From positions 256,001-320,000 of the forward strand of contig CAWISW010000001.1 in the NCBI GenBank assembly GCA_963838925.1: a stretch of DNA of 64,000 nucleotides. The letters run 5' to 3'. Below, one piece after another: positions 55,906-64,000 of this stretch. A program made the translations under genes and the position numbers. Each line of letters starts with the position of its first letter. Position 1 is the first letter of the stretch. The notes beneath the pieces are model-generated. The model worked only from the letters and a program-made list of their open reading frames with translations. It was not told the DNA's origin and made no database searches. This DNA comes from an uncultured Nitrososphaerota archaeon. GTDB lineage: Archaea > Thermoproteota > Nitrososphaeria > Nitrososphaerales > Gagatemarchaeaceae.

Positions 55906-56715
55906 TCAGTCGTTTATCCTGAGCTTCTTTTCGACGTAGGGCTTCATGATGATGTCCCAGGGGGTGATCACGGTGCCCCTCGACGTGAGGCACTGCCCGA
56001 TGTCCCCGCCCAGGGTGTTCGCGGCGGCCTTGAGGGTCGTCCTCCCGGGGACCCTCCGTGGGCGGCTCTTCTCGATCTCGGCGATGGGCATCTCCAGCAG
56101 GCTGTCGGGGTTCGCCGCCAGGTCGTGGAGGACCGCGGGGCTGAACACGTGGCTGATGATGCTCCTGTCGGAGATGAACGCGCCGCCCGCCGAAAGGAAG
56201 ACGCGCCTGAACCTGTGGCTGAACATGAAGAGCAGCGCCTTCCGGAGCGGCGTCATGCCTGGGAGGGCGAACACCGGGGACGCGACGTCCTTCACCTGCA
56301 GGTCGCTCTCGAGCGTCCCGCTCTTGTAGAGCTCCAGGACGTCGGCCAGGCTCACGGGCACCCCCGTCCTCTCGGTGTCGCTGATCCATGCGAACCCGAA
56401 CCTCTCCTTCAGGAACACGTCGAACAGGCGCTCCAGCCCCTCGTCCGCGCTCACCACGCCGATGCTCTGGGCCGCGTCCTCGCACGGCTTCTCGATGAAC
56501 CGCCAGAACCCGCCTTGCCCCAGCGCGAGCAGCCTCTTGAGGAGCGAGTATCCGTGGAGCGCCCGGGGTCGGGTGGCGGTCACGTCCACGACCAGGGGGA
56601 GGCCGTCTATCTGCTGGAAGCGGAGCATCGAGACCGCAGGCAGCATCGGCATCTTCGGGTCAAGCACGGGGTACGCCCTGTTGAAGACGTGCGGCAGTGC
56701 GTCTCTGATCTTCAA
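55906..56715 (-). CDS. CBS-domain protein
   Basis: GLPLVVD, VKDVAS, LFMFSHRFRRV, ISDRSII, VITPWDII. Confidence 0.75.
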   Translation of the reverse strand: MKIRDALPHVFNRAYPVLDPKMPMLPAVSMLRFQQIDGLPLVVDVTATRPRALHGYSLLKRLLALGQGGFWRFIEKPCEDAAQSIGVVSADEGLERLFDVFLKERFGFAWISDTERTGVPVSLADVLELYKSGTLESDLQVKDVASPVFALPGMTPLRKALLFMFSHRFRRVFLSAGGAFISDRSIISHVFSPAVLHDLAANPDSLLEMPIAEIEKSRPRRVPGRTTLKAAANTLGGDIGQCLTSRGTVITPWDIIMKPYVEKKLRIND

Positions 56716-56804
56716 TCGAGAAACACGGTGCCGCTATGAACGATAGATATGCTTTCTCTGGGTGGCCCATTCGGCGCGAACTCGGGGCTGGCCCAGGCCC
56801 CCGC

Positions 56805-57755
56805 TCAGCCGGTCACGAAGTCGAGGACCGCGGCGGCCCCGTAGAGCTTGTTCTCGGCCTGCCTCCACACCACCGACCGCTTCCCCTCGATGACGTCGTC
56901 GGTTATCTCCATCCCCCTGTGCGCGGGGAGGCAGTGCATCACTATCGCATCCTTGGACGCGAGCTTCAGGGTCTCCGAGTTGATCTGGAACCCGCGGAAT
57001 GCCCGCAGGCGCCGGGCCTTCTCGCTCTCCTCCCCCATGCTCACCCAGACGTCGGTGTAGAGGACGTCCGAGTCGACGGCCGCCTCCTTCGGGTCGTCTA
57101 CGACCTTCACGGTCGACCCCGCCCTCTTCGCGTTCTCCTCCGCCTTGCGGAGGACGTCGGGGTTGGGCGCGTAGCCCGAGGGGCACGCGGCCACGATGCT
57201 CATCCCCACGAGGGACGCCCCGAGCAGAAGCGAGTTGCACACGTTGTCCCCGTCCCCGATGTACGCGAGCTTCAGGCCCCGGAGCTTCCCCTTCGTCTCG
57301 TTTATCGTGAAGAGGTCGGAGATCGTCTGCGTCGGGTGCTCGAGGTCGCTCAGCCCGTTCACGACCGGGACCCCGGAGTAGGCGGCCATCAACATCAGCG
57401 TCTCGTGGGAGTAGACCCTTCCTACTATCACGTCGAGGTAGCCGCCGAGTATCCTGGCCGTGTCCTTGACAGGCTCGCCGCGGCTCGTCTGGAGCTCGTC
57501 CGCCCCCAGGTATATGGGGTGCCCGCCGAGCCGCACGGTGGCCACCTCGAAGCTCGTCCGGGTGCGGGTGGAAGGCTTCTCGAAGAGGAGCCCGACCGCC
57601 CTTCCGCGCAGGTCGGCGAGGGGCTCGCGCCTCTTCATCAGCTGCTTCAGTGACTCGGTCCGCTCGAGCATACCTGAGAGTTCGCGCGGCGAGAGGTCAG
57701 AGACGGAGAGGATGGAACGGGCCTTCGACTCTGACTTTGCCGGGGTGCGAGACAC
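56805..57755 (-). CDS. argF: Ornithine carbamoyltransferase
   Basis: FEKPSTRTR, HPTQ, YTDVWVSMG, MHCLP, AENK. Confidence 0.96.
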   Translation of the reverse strand: MSRTPAKSESKARSILSVSDLSPRELSGMLERTESLKQLMKRREPLADLRGRAVGLLFEKPSTRTRTSFEVATVRLGGHPIYLGADELQTSRGEPVKDTARILGGYLDVIVGRVYSHETLMLMAAYSGVPVVNGLSDLEHPTQTISDLFTINETKGKLRGLKLAYIGDGDNVCNSLLLGASLVGMSIVAACPSGYAPNPDVLRKAEENAKRAGSTVKVVDDPKEAAVDSDVLYTDVWVSMGEESEKARRLRAFRGFQINSETLKLASKDAIVMHCLPAHRGMEITDDVIEGKRSVVWRQAENKLYGAAAVLDFVTG

Positions 57756-57823
57756 TGGTTACTGCCCGCCCTAGCCTTCTAAGCCCTGATATTTCCGTAG
57801 TGCGCTCTGCCGCAGGGCGGTGC

Positions 57824-58978
57824 CTAACCGGGTGCGGTCTCGGGGCGGAAGTCGTCGGGGTACGAGCGGGCGTTCGGGGTCCTCTGCTTCCTCGGCCTCG
57901 AGCGCTGGACGAGCTCCTTCACCCAGTTGTTCACCTCGTCGAAAGCGTCGGCTAGCTCGAAGGAGCGGACGCTGTACGAGTAGTGGTCCCTCGGGTGGAC
58001 TAGGAAGACCTTGACCTCGTACTTCTTCTTCGGGGACTTCGTCTCGCCCATCTTGATTACCGCTCTGGCCTCTGAGATGTCGGGGACGCTCCTGCGGAGG
58101 AGCTCCACCGCGCCCTGGAACTTCTTTCTCGCGGTCTCGGCCTCGAAGGGGTCGTCCGGGAGCCCGACGATGTACATTGGTATTGAGGTCTGCGAGGCCT
58201 TCTTGGTGAGGACCCTCAGGAAGTCGCGGTAGGTGACAATCCCTTGGATCTCGCCTGTGCCCACTATCACCGAGTAGTTTGACCCGCTCTTGGACATGTT
58301 CTGGTAGGCGTCGCGGAGGGAGTCGCCGATCTCGTTCGTCAGGACGTCCTTCATCGAGAAGATCCCTAGCGCCTCGTCGTACCTCCCCGTCCTCGTGTCG
58401 CCCTTCATGTTCCTGTCGGCCTTTGGGAGGAGGTTGAACACCATCTGGTCCGAGGTGACTATGCCGTCGAGCGCCCCCTTCTTGGTCACTGGGAGCTGGT
58501 CCACCTTCTTCCTGAGCATCGCCTCCCGGGCCTTCGAGACGCTGTCAGAGGCGTCCATGCATATAGGGCTGGGGGTCATTATCGTCGAGATCTTTCCCGG
58601 GGTGTCCGAGTCGAGCAGCCTTGCGACTATCGACGGGGACGTGATCTGGCCGATGAGCTTCTTCTCCTTGTAGACCGGCATCGACCGGGTCCTGTACTCG
58701 TGCATGAGCGTCGCAGCGTCGCTGACCGTGTTGTTAGGCCCAAGACGGGGCACCTGGTGCATGACCGAAAGGATCTTGGTGTTGAGGCTCGTCACGTTCA
58801 GGAGGTCCCGAACAGAGACGATGCACGTCGTGGCATCGCCGTCGTCCGCGAAGGCCTCCATGAGCTTCGATTCCCTGAGGTACCCTATCACCCTCGTGAC
58901 AAGGTCTCCCGACGGGAAGATCTCGGCCTCCGTCAGGAGGTCTGTGACTGGCATCCGCATTAACTGGTCTGGTTTCAT
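57824..58978 (-). CDS. Four-CBS protein fused to an HPF/RaiA-like domain (ribosome hibernation factor candidate)
   Basis: CBS repeats (SMPV, QLPV, GIVT); C-terminal MYIVGL...YEVKVFL...FELADAFDEV with RaiA-like beta-alpha-beta-beta-beta-alpha pattern. Confidence 0.75.
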   Translation of the reverse strand: MKPDQLMRMPVTDLLTEAEIFPSGDLVTRVIGYLRESKLMEAFADDGDATTCIVSVRDLLNVTSLNTKILSVMHQVPRLGPNNTVSDAATLMHEYRTRSMPVYKEKKLIGQITSPSIVARLLDSDTPGKISTIMTPSPICMDASDSVSKAREAMLRKKVDQLPVTKKGALDGIVTSDQMVFNLLPKADRNMKGDTRTGRYDEALGIFSMKDVLTNEIGDSLRDAYQNMSKSGSNYSVIVGTGEIQGIVTYRDFLRVLTKKASQTSIPMYIVGLPDDPFEAETARKKFQGAVELLRRSVPDISEARAVIKMGETKSPKKKYEVKVFLVHPRDHYSYSVRSFELADAFDEVNNWVKELVQRSRPRKQRTPNARSYPDDFRPETAPG

Positions 58979-59055
58979 CGTAAAGGTCGCCGCAGGGTTC
59001 GCCCGAAGATGCTCTCTATTTAATCAGTTTACGCTTGTCGCCCAGACCCGCCCCG

Positions 59056-59661
59056 TCAGCGACCCAGGCTTCCGGCGGGCCTGAAGGCGCCCTTCCTCGA
59101 GAGGGCCGCGACCATCGCGACGGCGACAAGGGCCACGACCGCCAATGCGCTCGATGGGAACTCGGGCGCCGTCGAAGTTGTCGTTGCGCTCGTCGCTGCG
59201 GTAGTGGTGACCGAAGTCGTCGACGTGTCGGAGGTGCTCACGGTAGTCGTAGTCGTCGTGGTAACGGTGGGAGAGTACGTGAACGTGGTGACCATCGACG
59301 CGGTCGACCCGTTGCCGCCCCAGGTGGCATTGACCGTGAAGGTGCCCGCAGTCCACGCGGGGTTCCCGCCGGGCACTGAGGTGCCGGAGTAGCTCCCGCT
59401 CGACGGGTCGGGGTTGGAGTAGACGACGTCAGCCACGCTTCCCGCCGAGTTCTTTATCGTGATTATGACCGCGGTGTTTGCACCCGGCGCCGGTGAGACC
59501 ACGCCCGAGATCGCTATCGGCTGAGCGCCCGAATACGAGGGCGAGGCGGTCTGCACGGTTATCGTGTAGCTCGTGGCGGCGTAGGCCGGCACGAGGGCCT
59601 GCGAAAACAAGAAGATCAGCGTCAATGCGCCAGTGATGCCGAGGACGTGGGAGGAGGCCAT
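59056..59661 (-). CDS. Secreted surface protein with Thr-rich linker and PEF-CTERM-like anchor
   Basis: Signal peptide, Ig-like beta domain, poly-Thr, APEFP plus TM helix plus RK. Confidence 0.8.
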   Translation of the reverse strand: MASSHVLGITGALTLIFLFSQALVPAYAATSYTITVQTASPSYSGAQPIAISGVVSPAPGANTAVIITIKNSAGSVADVVYSNPDPSSGSYSGTSVPGGNPAWTAGTFTVNATWGGNGSTASMVTTFTYSPTVTTTTTTTVSTSDTSTTSVTTTAATSATTTSTAPEFPSSALAVVALVAVAMVAALSRKGAFRPAGSLGR

Positions 59662-59717
59662 TTTTCTCTAGGCCGCGGGGTCGCAACCTCTGCAATTTAA
59701 GATGTGCCGGCTGGATC

Positions 59718-61340
59718 TCAGTGCTTGAACGCCCTAGTGTGGGTGATTGCCATTGCGATGCCGTACTCGTCGGCCGCCTTCACCACCTCGGGGTCGCTTA
59801 TCGAGCCTCCCGGCTGGATCACGGCGGCGACGCCCGCCTTCCCAAGGAGGTCTACGTTGTCGCGGAAGGGGAAGAACCCGTCCGAGGCGCAGACCGCACC
59901 CCTCGCCCTCGCTCCCGCGTTGTCGAGGGCGATCTTGACCGCGCCGCTCCTCTTCCTGAAGCTCGCGACGCCCAGCGTCCAGAACTCTTCGAGGCCCCCC
60001 TTCTTCCCCAGCCTCCCGTCTGCCACCACTATGCCGTTCGACTGGACTCGCCTCACCAGCTCCCACGTCGCGAGCAGCCTCTGGACCGTCCCCTTGTCGG
60101 GCTTGGCCTTCGTCGGGAAAGTCAGCTTGCCCGGGTCGAGCTTGTTCCTGTAGTCGACGGCGTCCTGGAGCAGGAGCGCCCCTTCGAGCTCCTTGAGGTC
60201 GTACATGTAGTCGGGCCTCTCGACTGCCTGGATCATCCGAATCTTCTTCTTCTGCTTCGCCTCGAGCAGCTTGAGCGCGGCGGACTCATAGCCCGGGGCT
60301 ATGAGTATCTCCGTGTATACCGATGCGTCCTTCTTTCCCTCGTTCCTCCCGATCAGGCGGGCGGCGGCGAGGTCGACCCCCCGGTTCACTATCACCGTCC
60401 CCCCGAAGTCCGCCTCGGGGTCTGAGGCGTGCGCCAGCGCGTACGCCTTCGAGATGGTCGGGGCGAAGGCGAACCCGCTGATCTGGCCGTGCTTCACGGT
60501 CGCGGCGGTGGGAAAGTCCTCGAAGCCCTCCACGATGTCGTAGGCGCTGCCGATGTCGAGGTAGTTGTTGAACGATAGCGCGTCGCCGGTCAGCTGCTTC
60601 CACCCGGTCATGCTCCTCGCCCCGTCGATCGAGTAGACCGCCGCCTTCTGGTCGGGGTTCTCCCCGTACCTCGCGTCTCGGTACTTCGACGCCGAGAGCA
60701 CGAACTTGGCGGGGAAGGCCTCTCCCGGCGAGAACCTCCTCCTCAGCTCGTTGTAGATCGCCGCGTCGTACGAGGCCGTCGTCGCGAAGGCCTCCACCGC
60801 GAGGGCCTTCCTCAGCGCGAGCCCGACCTTCCCCCGGTTCCTCTTGAGCTCCTCGAGGACCGTCCCGTAGAGCTTAGGCGACGGGACCACCGTGACGTAG
60901 AGGTGGTTCTTCGTCGAGGCCCGCACCATCGACGGCCCGCCTATGTCGATGTTCTCGATCACAGTCTCGTCCGTGGCGCCCGGGTCCCTCGAGACCCTCT
61001 CGAAGGGATAGAAGTTGCAGACGACCATGTCTATGGGGGCGACCCCCATCTCCTTCAGCTCCTTCATGTGCCCGGCGTCCCCCCTCTTGGCGAGGATCCC
61101 AGCGAACAGGTTCGAGTGGAGCGTCTTCACCCGTCCAGAGAGAGCCTCCGAGAGCCCCATCGCCTCGCTGAGGCTCCTGACGTCCACGCCCCCCTCCTTG
61201 AGCGCGCTGAATGTCCCGCCCGTTGCCAGCAGCTCGATCCCGAACGAGCGCAGGCCCTTCGCGAGCTCGACCAGCCCTGACTTGTCAGCGACGCTCAGTA
61301 TCGCCGTCTTGACCTCGATGTAATCGGTTGACTTCGACAT
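59718..61340 (-). CDS. purH: Bifunctional AICAR transformylase/IMP cyclohydrolase
   Basis: SVADKSGL, GRVKTLH, ENIDIGGP, YGENP.Q, SFNN, ASDGFFPFRD, QPGGS, RAFKH. Confidence 0.95.
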   Translation of the reverse strand: MSKSTDYIEVKTAILSVADKSGLVELAKGLRSFGIELLATGGTFSALKEGGVDVRSLSEAMGLSEALSGRVKTLHSNLFAGILAKRGDAGHMKELKEMGVAPIDMVVCNFYPFERVSRDPGATDETVIENIDIGGPSMVRASTKNHLYVTVVPSPKLYGTVLEELKRNRGKVGLALRKALAVEAFATTASYDAAIYNELRRRFSPGEAFPAKFVLSASKYRDARYGENPDQKAAVYSIDGARSMTGWKQLTGDALSFNNYLDIGSAYDIVEGFEDFPTAATVKHGQISGFAFAPTISKAYALAHASDPEADFGGTVIVNRGVDLAAARLIGRNEGKKDASVYTEILIAPGYESAALKLLEAKQKKKIRMIQAVERPDYMYDLKELEGALLLQDAVDYRNKLDPGKLTFPTKAKPDKGTVQRLLATWELVRRVQSNGIVVADGRLGKKGGLEEFWTLGVASFRKRSGAVKIALDNAGARARGAVCASDGFFPFRDNVDLLGKAGVAAVIQPGGSISDPEVVKAADEYGIAMAITHTRAFKH

Positions 61341-61456
61341 TCGCTCACCCTCTCTCCGTCGCTGCCGGCTCCTCGCCGCGCTAGCTATTTCGCCGTATCG
61401 GTAGCCGGCCGGTTTAACAGGAACGTGGCAAATCCGACTTAAATAGACGCGGAAAA

Positions 61457-61747
61457 TTGGCGTTATTCACGACTAAAGGTCGCACGTTTGAGGTGAGCGT
61501 GGTCATCTCCAACAAGCCGGGCGTGCGAGAGCCCGAGGGTGAGACCATACTCCACGACCTTGTCGCCAAGTCAGGTTTCGAGCAGGTCGAGTCGATTCGC
61601 GCGGGGAAGTACCTGCGGGTCAGGGTCGTCGCGCCCGACGCCGCCTCTGCGAAGCGCCTCGTGGAGAAGATGTGCAACGAGCTTCGGATATTCAACCCAG
61701 CGGCCCACTCTTGCGAGGTCTCCGTCGGGAGGATGCCGGGCCAATGA
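61457..61747 (+). CDS. purS: FGAM synthase subunit PurS
   Basis: KPGVREPEGETI, IRAGK, MCNELRIFNP. Confidence 0.9.
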   Translation: MALFTTKGRTFEVSVVISNKPGVREPEGETILHDLVAKSGFEQVESIRAGKYLRVRVVAPDAASAKRLVEKMCNELRIFNPAAHSCEVSVGRMPGQ

Positions 61748-62463
61748 AGGTCGCCGTGATCAGGTTCCCGGGGAGCAACTGCGACCTCGACATCATGGCC
61801 GCGCTCAGGACCATCAGAGGCATAGAGCCCGTCCTCGTGTGGCACGAGGACAGCTCCCTAGGAAGCGGAGCCTACGGCGCCGTCGTGCTCCCGGGCGGCT
61901 TCTCCTTCGCCGACCGCCTCAGGGCCGGGGCCATCGCCGCCAACTCGCCCGCCATGGCGAGGGTGAAGCGCCTCGCAGACAGGGGGACGCCGGTCCTCGG
62001 CGTCTGCAACGGCTTTCAGATTCTCGTCGAGAGCGGGCTCCTGCCGGGGGCTCTGCTTCGCAACTCCAGCTTGAAGTTCGTCTGCGAGTGGACGTTCGTC
62101 CGCGTGGAGAACACCAAGACCCCGTTCACCTCGGGGCTCAAGGAGGGCCAAGTGCTGGGCCTCCCGATCGCGCACGGGGAGGGGCGCTACTACCTCCCGC
62201 CCTCCGAGCTCGCGCAGCTCGAGAAGGACGGGATGGTCGCCTTCAGGTACTGCGACGCGGCCGGCAGGGTCACCCCGGCCAGCAACCCGACTGGGACGGT
62301 GCACAACATAGCCGGCGTCTGCAACAAGGAGGGGAACGTCGTGGGGCTGATGCCGCACCCGGAGAGGGCGACGAAGGCCCTCCTCAGCCCGCTGGGCCGA
62401 GCCGACGGCGCCCTGGTCCTCTCCTCCCTGCTGGTCAAGACCGGAGGCGGGAAGAGGGCTTGA
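61744..62463 (+). CDS. purQ: FGAM synthase glutaminase subunit PurQ
   Basis: FPGSNCD, PGGFSF, GVCNGFQ, AHGEG, MPHPER. Confidence 0.96.
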   Translation: MKVAVIRFPGSNCDLDIMAALRTIRGIEPVLVWHEDSSLGSGAYGAVVLPGGFSFADRLRAGAIAANSPAMARVKRLADRGTPVLGVCNGFQILVESGLLPGALLRNSSLKFVCEWTFVRVENTKTPFTSGLKEGQVLGLPIAHGEGRYYLPPSELAQLEKDGMVAFRYCDAAGRVTPASNPTGTVHNIAGVCNKEGNVVGLMPHPERATKALLSPLGRADGALVLSSLLVKTGGGKRA

Positions 62464-64000
62464 AGGCGGAGCAGCTGGGGCTCGGGCTCACCCAGAAAGA
62501 GATCGCGTTCGTGAGAAGGTCGCTGGGCCGCGAGCCCAACGAGACCGAGTGGTCGATAATCGACGCCGAGTGGTCCGAGCACAGCAGCTACAAGTCCTCC
62601 AGAGGCCTCCTCAAGCTCTTCCCCACCACGGGGAAACGGGTCGTCCTCGGCCCGGGCTACGACGCGGGAGTCGTGGACGTCGGAGACGGGTACGTGGTGA
62701 CCCTGCACATTGAGAGCCACAACCACCCCTCGGCCGTCGACCCCTACGGCGGCGCATCCACCGGGATAGGCGGGGTCCTCAGGGACATTCTCTCGGTGGC
62801 GAGCAGGCCGATAGCGCTCGTCGACATCCTGAGGTTCGGGCTAATCGAGAGGAGCGGCCACTCCAGGTGGCTCCTCAAGAACGTGGTGAGGGGGATAGCC
62901 GACTACGGCAACTGCGTGGGCGTCCCCACGGTGGCGGGGGAGATAGAGTTCGACGACTCGTTCGAGAGGAACTGCCTCGTCGACGTCGCGTGCGTCGGGG
63001 TCGGCAGGAAGGGGGACCTCATCCTCGGCGAGGCGAAGGCGCCCGGCGACGTCCTAGTCCTGATCGGCGGGAGCACGGGGAGGGACGGCATCAAGGGAGC
63101 CACGTTCGCCTCCAAGAACCTCAAGGAGGACGCGGCGAGCGAGCGCTCCTCCGTCCAGGTGCCTGACCCGTTCATGAAGAAGCTCCTCCTGGACGCCCTG
63201 CTGGAGATAGTCTCGCGCCACGGAGCGATAAGGGGGATGAAGGACCTTGGAGGGGGCGGCCTCTCCACGGCCCTCTCCGAGGTCGCTTCGAAGGGGGGAA
63301 CCGGGGTGGACGTGGAGCTGAAGAGGGTCAGGCTGCGGGAGGACGACATGTCGCCCACCGAGATAATGATCTCAGAGTCTCAGGAGAGGATGCTCCTCGT
63401 GTTGCCCTCCGGGCCAGGCGGAGGGGAGGGCGTGATCTCGGTCCTCGAAAAGTACGGAGTCCCCCACTCTGCCATCGGCAAGGTGACGTCCACCCCAGAG
63501 CTCGTGCTAAGATGGGACGGGAAGGTGGTCGCCGACCTCCCCTCCTCGCTGGTCACCGACGCCCCCCTCGTCAACTGGCCTTACACGAAGCCAAAGCAGG
63601 CGCGGCCCGTCCCCGCAGCCTCAGGCAGAAGGGAACAGCCAGGCCTCAAGGAGGCATTGCTCTCGCTCCTGTCCTCGCCCAACATCGCGAGCAAGAGGTG
63701 GGTCTACCAGCAGTACGACCACGAGGTGGGGGTCAGGACGGTCGTCAAGCCGGGGCAGGCGGACGCCGCTGTGATGAGGCTGCCCAACGGCAAGTTCCTC
63801 GCGATAAAGGGCGACGGCAACAGCAGGCAGGCCTCCCTCGACCCGTACCAAGGCGCCGCAGGCTGCGTGGCGGAGGCGTGCAGGAACGTGGTGGCGGTCG
63901 GGGCGGAGCCCATCGCGCTGGTCGACCACCTCCAGTCCGGGGACCCGTCCGACCCCGAAGTCTACTGGGCCTTCCGCGAGACCCTCACGGGGATGGCCGA
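62460..64000 (+). CDS. purL: FGAM synthase subunit PurL (runs off window end)
   Basis: Own translation: EWSEHSSYKSS, ESHNHPSAVDPYGG, TGRDGIKGA, DLGGGG, SESQERM, WVYQQYDHEV. Confidence 0.96.
   Translation, partial: MKAEQLGLGLTQKEIAFVRRSLGREPNETEWSIIDAEWSEHSSYKSSRGLLKLFPTTGKRVVLGPGYDAGVVDVGDGYVVTLHIESHNHPSAVDPYGGASTGIGGVLRDILSVASRPIALVDILRFGLIERSGHSRWLLKNVVRGIADYGNCVGVPTVAGEIEFDDSFERNCLVDVACVGVGRKGDLILGEAKAPGDVLVLIGGSTGRDGIKGATFASKNLKEDAASERSSVQVPDPFMKKLLLDALLEIVSRHGAIRGMKDLGGGGLSTALSEVASKGGTGVDVELKRVRLREDDMSPTEIMISESQERMLLVLPSGPGGGEGVISVLEKYGVPHSAIGKVTSTPELVLRWDGKVVADLPSSLVTDAPLVNWPYTKPKQARPVPAASGRREQPGLKEALLSLLSSPNIASKRWVYQQYDHEVGVRTVVKPGQADAAVMRLPNGKFLAIKGDGNSRQASLDPYQGAAGCVAEACRNVVAVGAEPIALVDHLQSGDPSDPEVYWAFRETLTGMA

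Noticed and set aside
59170-59275. Short tandem GTC/GTA/GTG repeats
   Set aside because: These simply encode the Thr-rich linker of the surface protein.
59718-61340. Bacterial-type purH as a novelty
   Set aside because: PurH is already known patchily in archaea, and codon usage here is host-like.
1-64000. CRISPR array, rRNA, IS transposase or provirus
   Set aside because: No regularly spaced repeats, rRNA-like tracts, transposase, integrase or capsid motifs were recognised.

Overview
High-GC archaeal chromosomal segment. An HMf-type histone, the CdvB/CdvB/CdvC (ESCRT-III/Vps4) genes, a DUF1512 protein, PEF-CTERM-like sorting and cupredoxin-rich respiration suggest a non-ammonia-oxidising Nitrososphaerota/TACK lineage (inference). 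Most of the window is housekeeping: argS, cysS, ileS, aspS, four tRNAs (Arg, Glu, intron-containing Cys, Val), glycolytic genes, sucCD, argF, purH and purSQL, a membrane H+-PPase, and a heme-copper oxidase cluster. The most striking feature is at 23.3-24.2 kb. A 674-bp low-GC element has inserted into the conserved DGSLSGA...SWGK region of deoxyhypusine synthase. It supplies a replacement 3' end plus a single-motif LAGLIDADG ORF and leaves the original 3' end stranded downstream. Other candidates worth follow-up: a Tad-like type IV pilus locus coupled to a HerA/VirB4-like ATPase and a divergent TFB; a ParA ATPase with a disordered partner carrying a ParB-like N-terminal peptide and a MinD-like membrane helix; an A1 oxidase lacking the K-channel and Mg-site residues; a second LAGLIDADG gene beside tRNA-Cys; and several unannotated microproteins. 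Four frameshifts (tatD, HerA-like ATPase, LAGLIDADG, aspS) probably reflect sequencing indels. All calls come from motif recognition by eye; no database searches were run.
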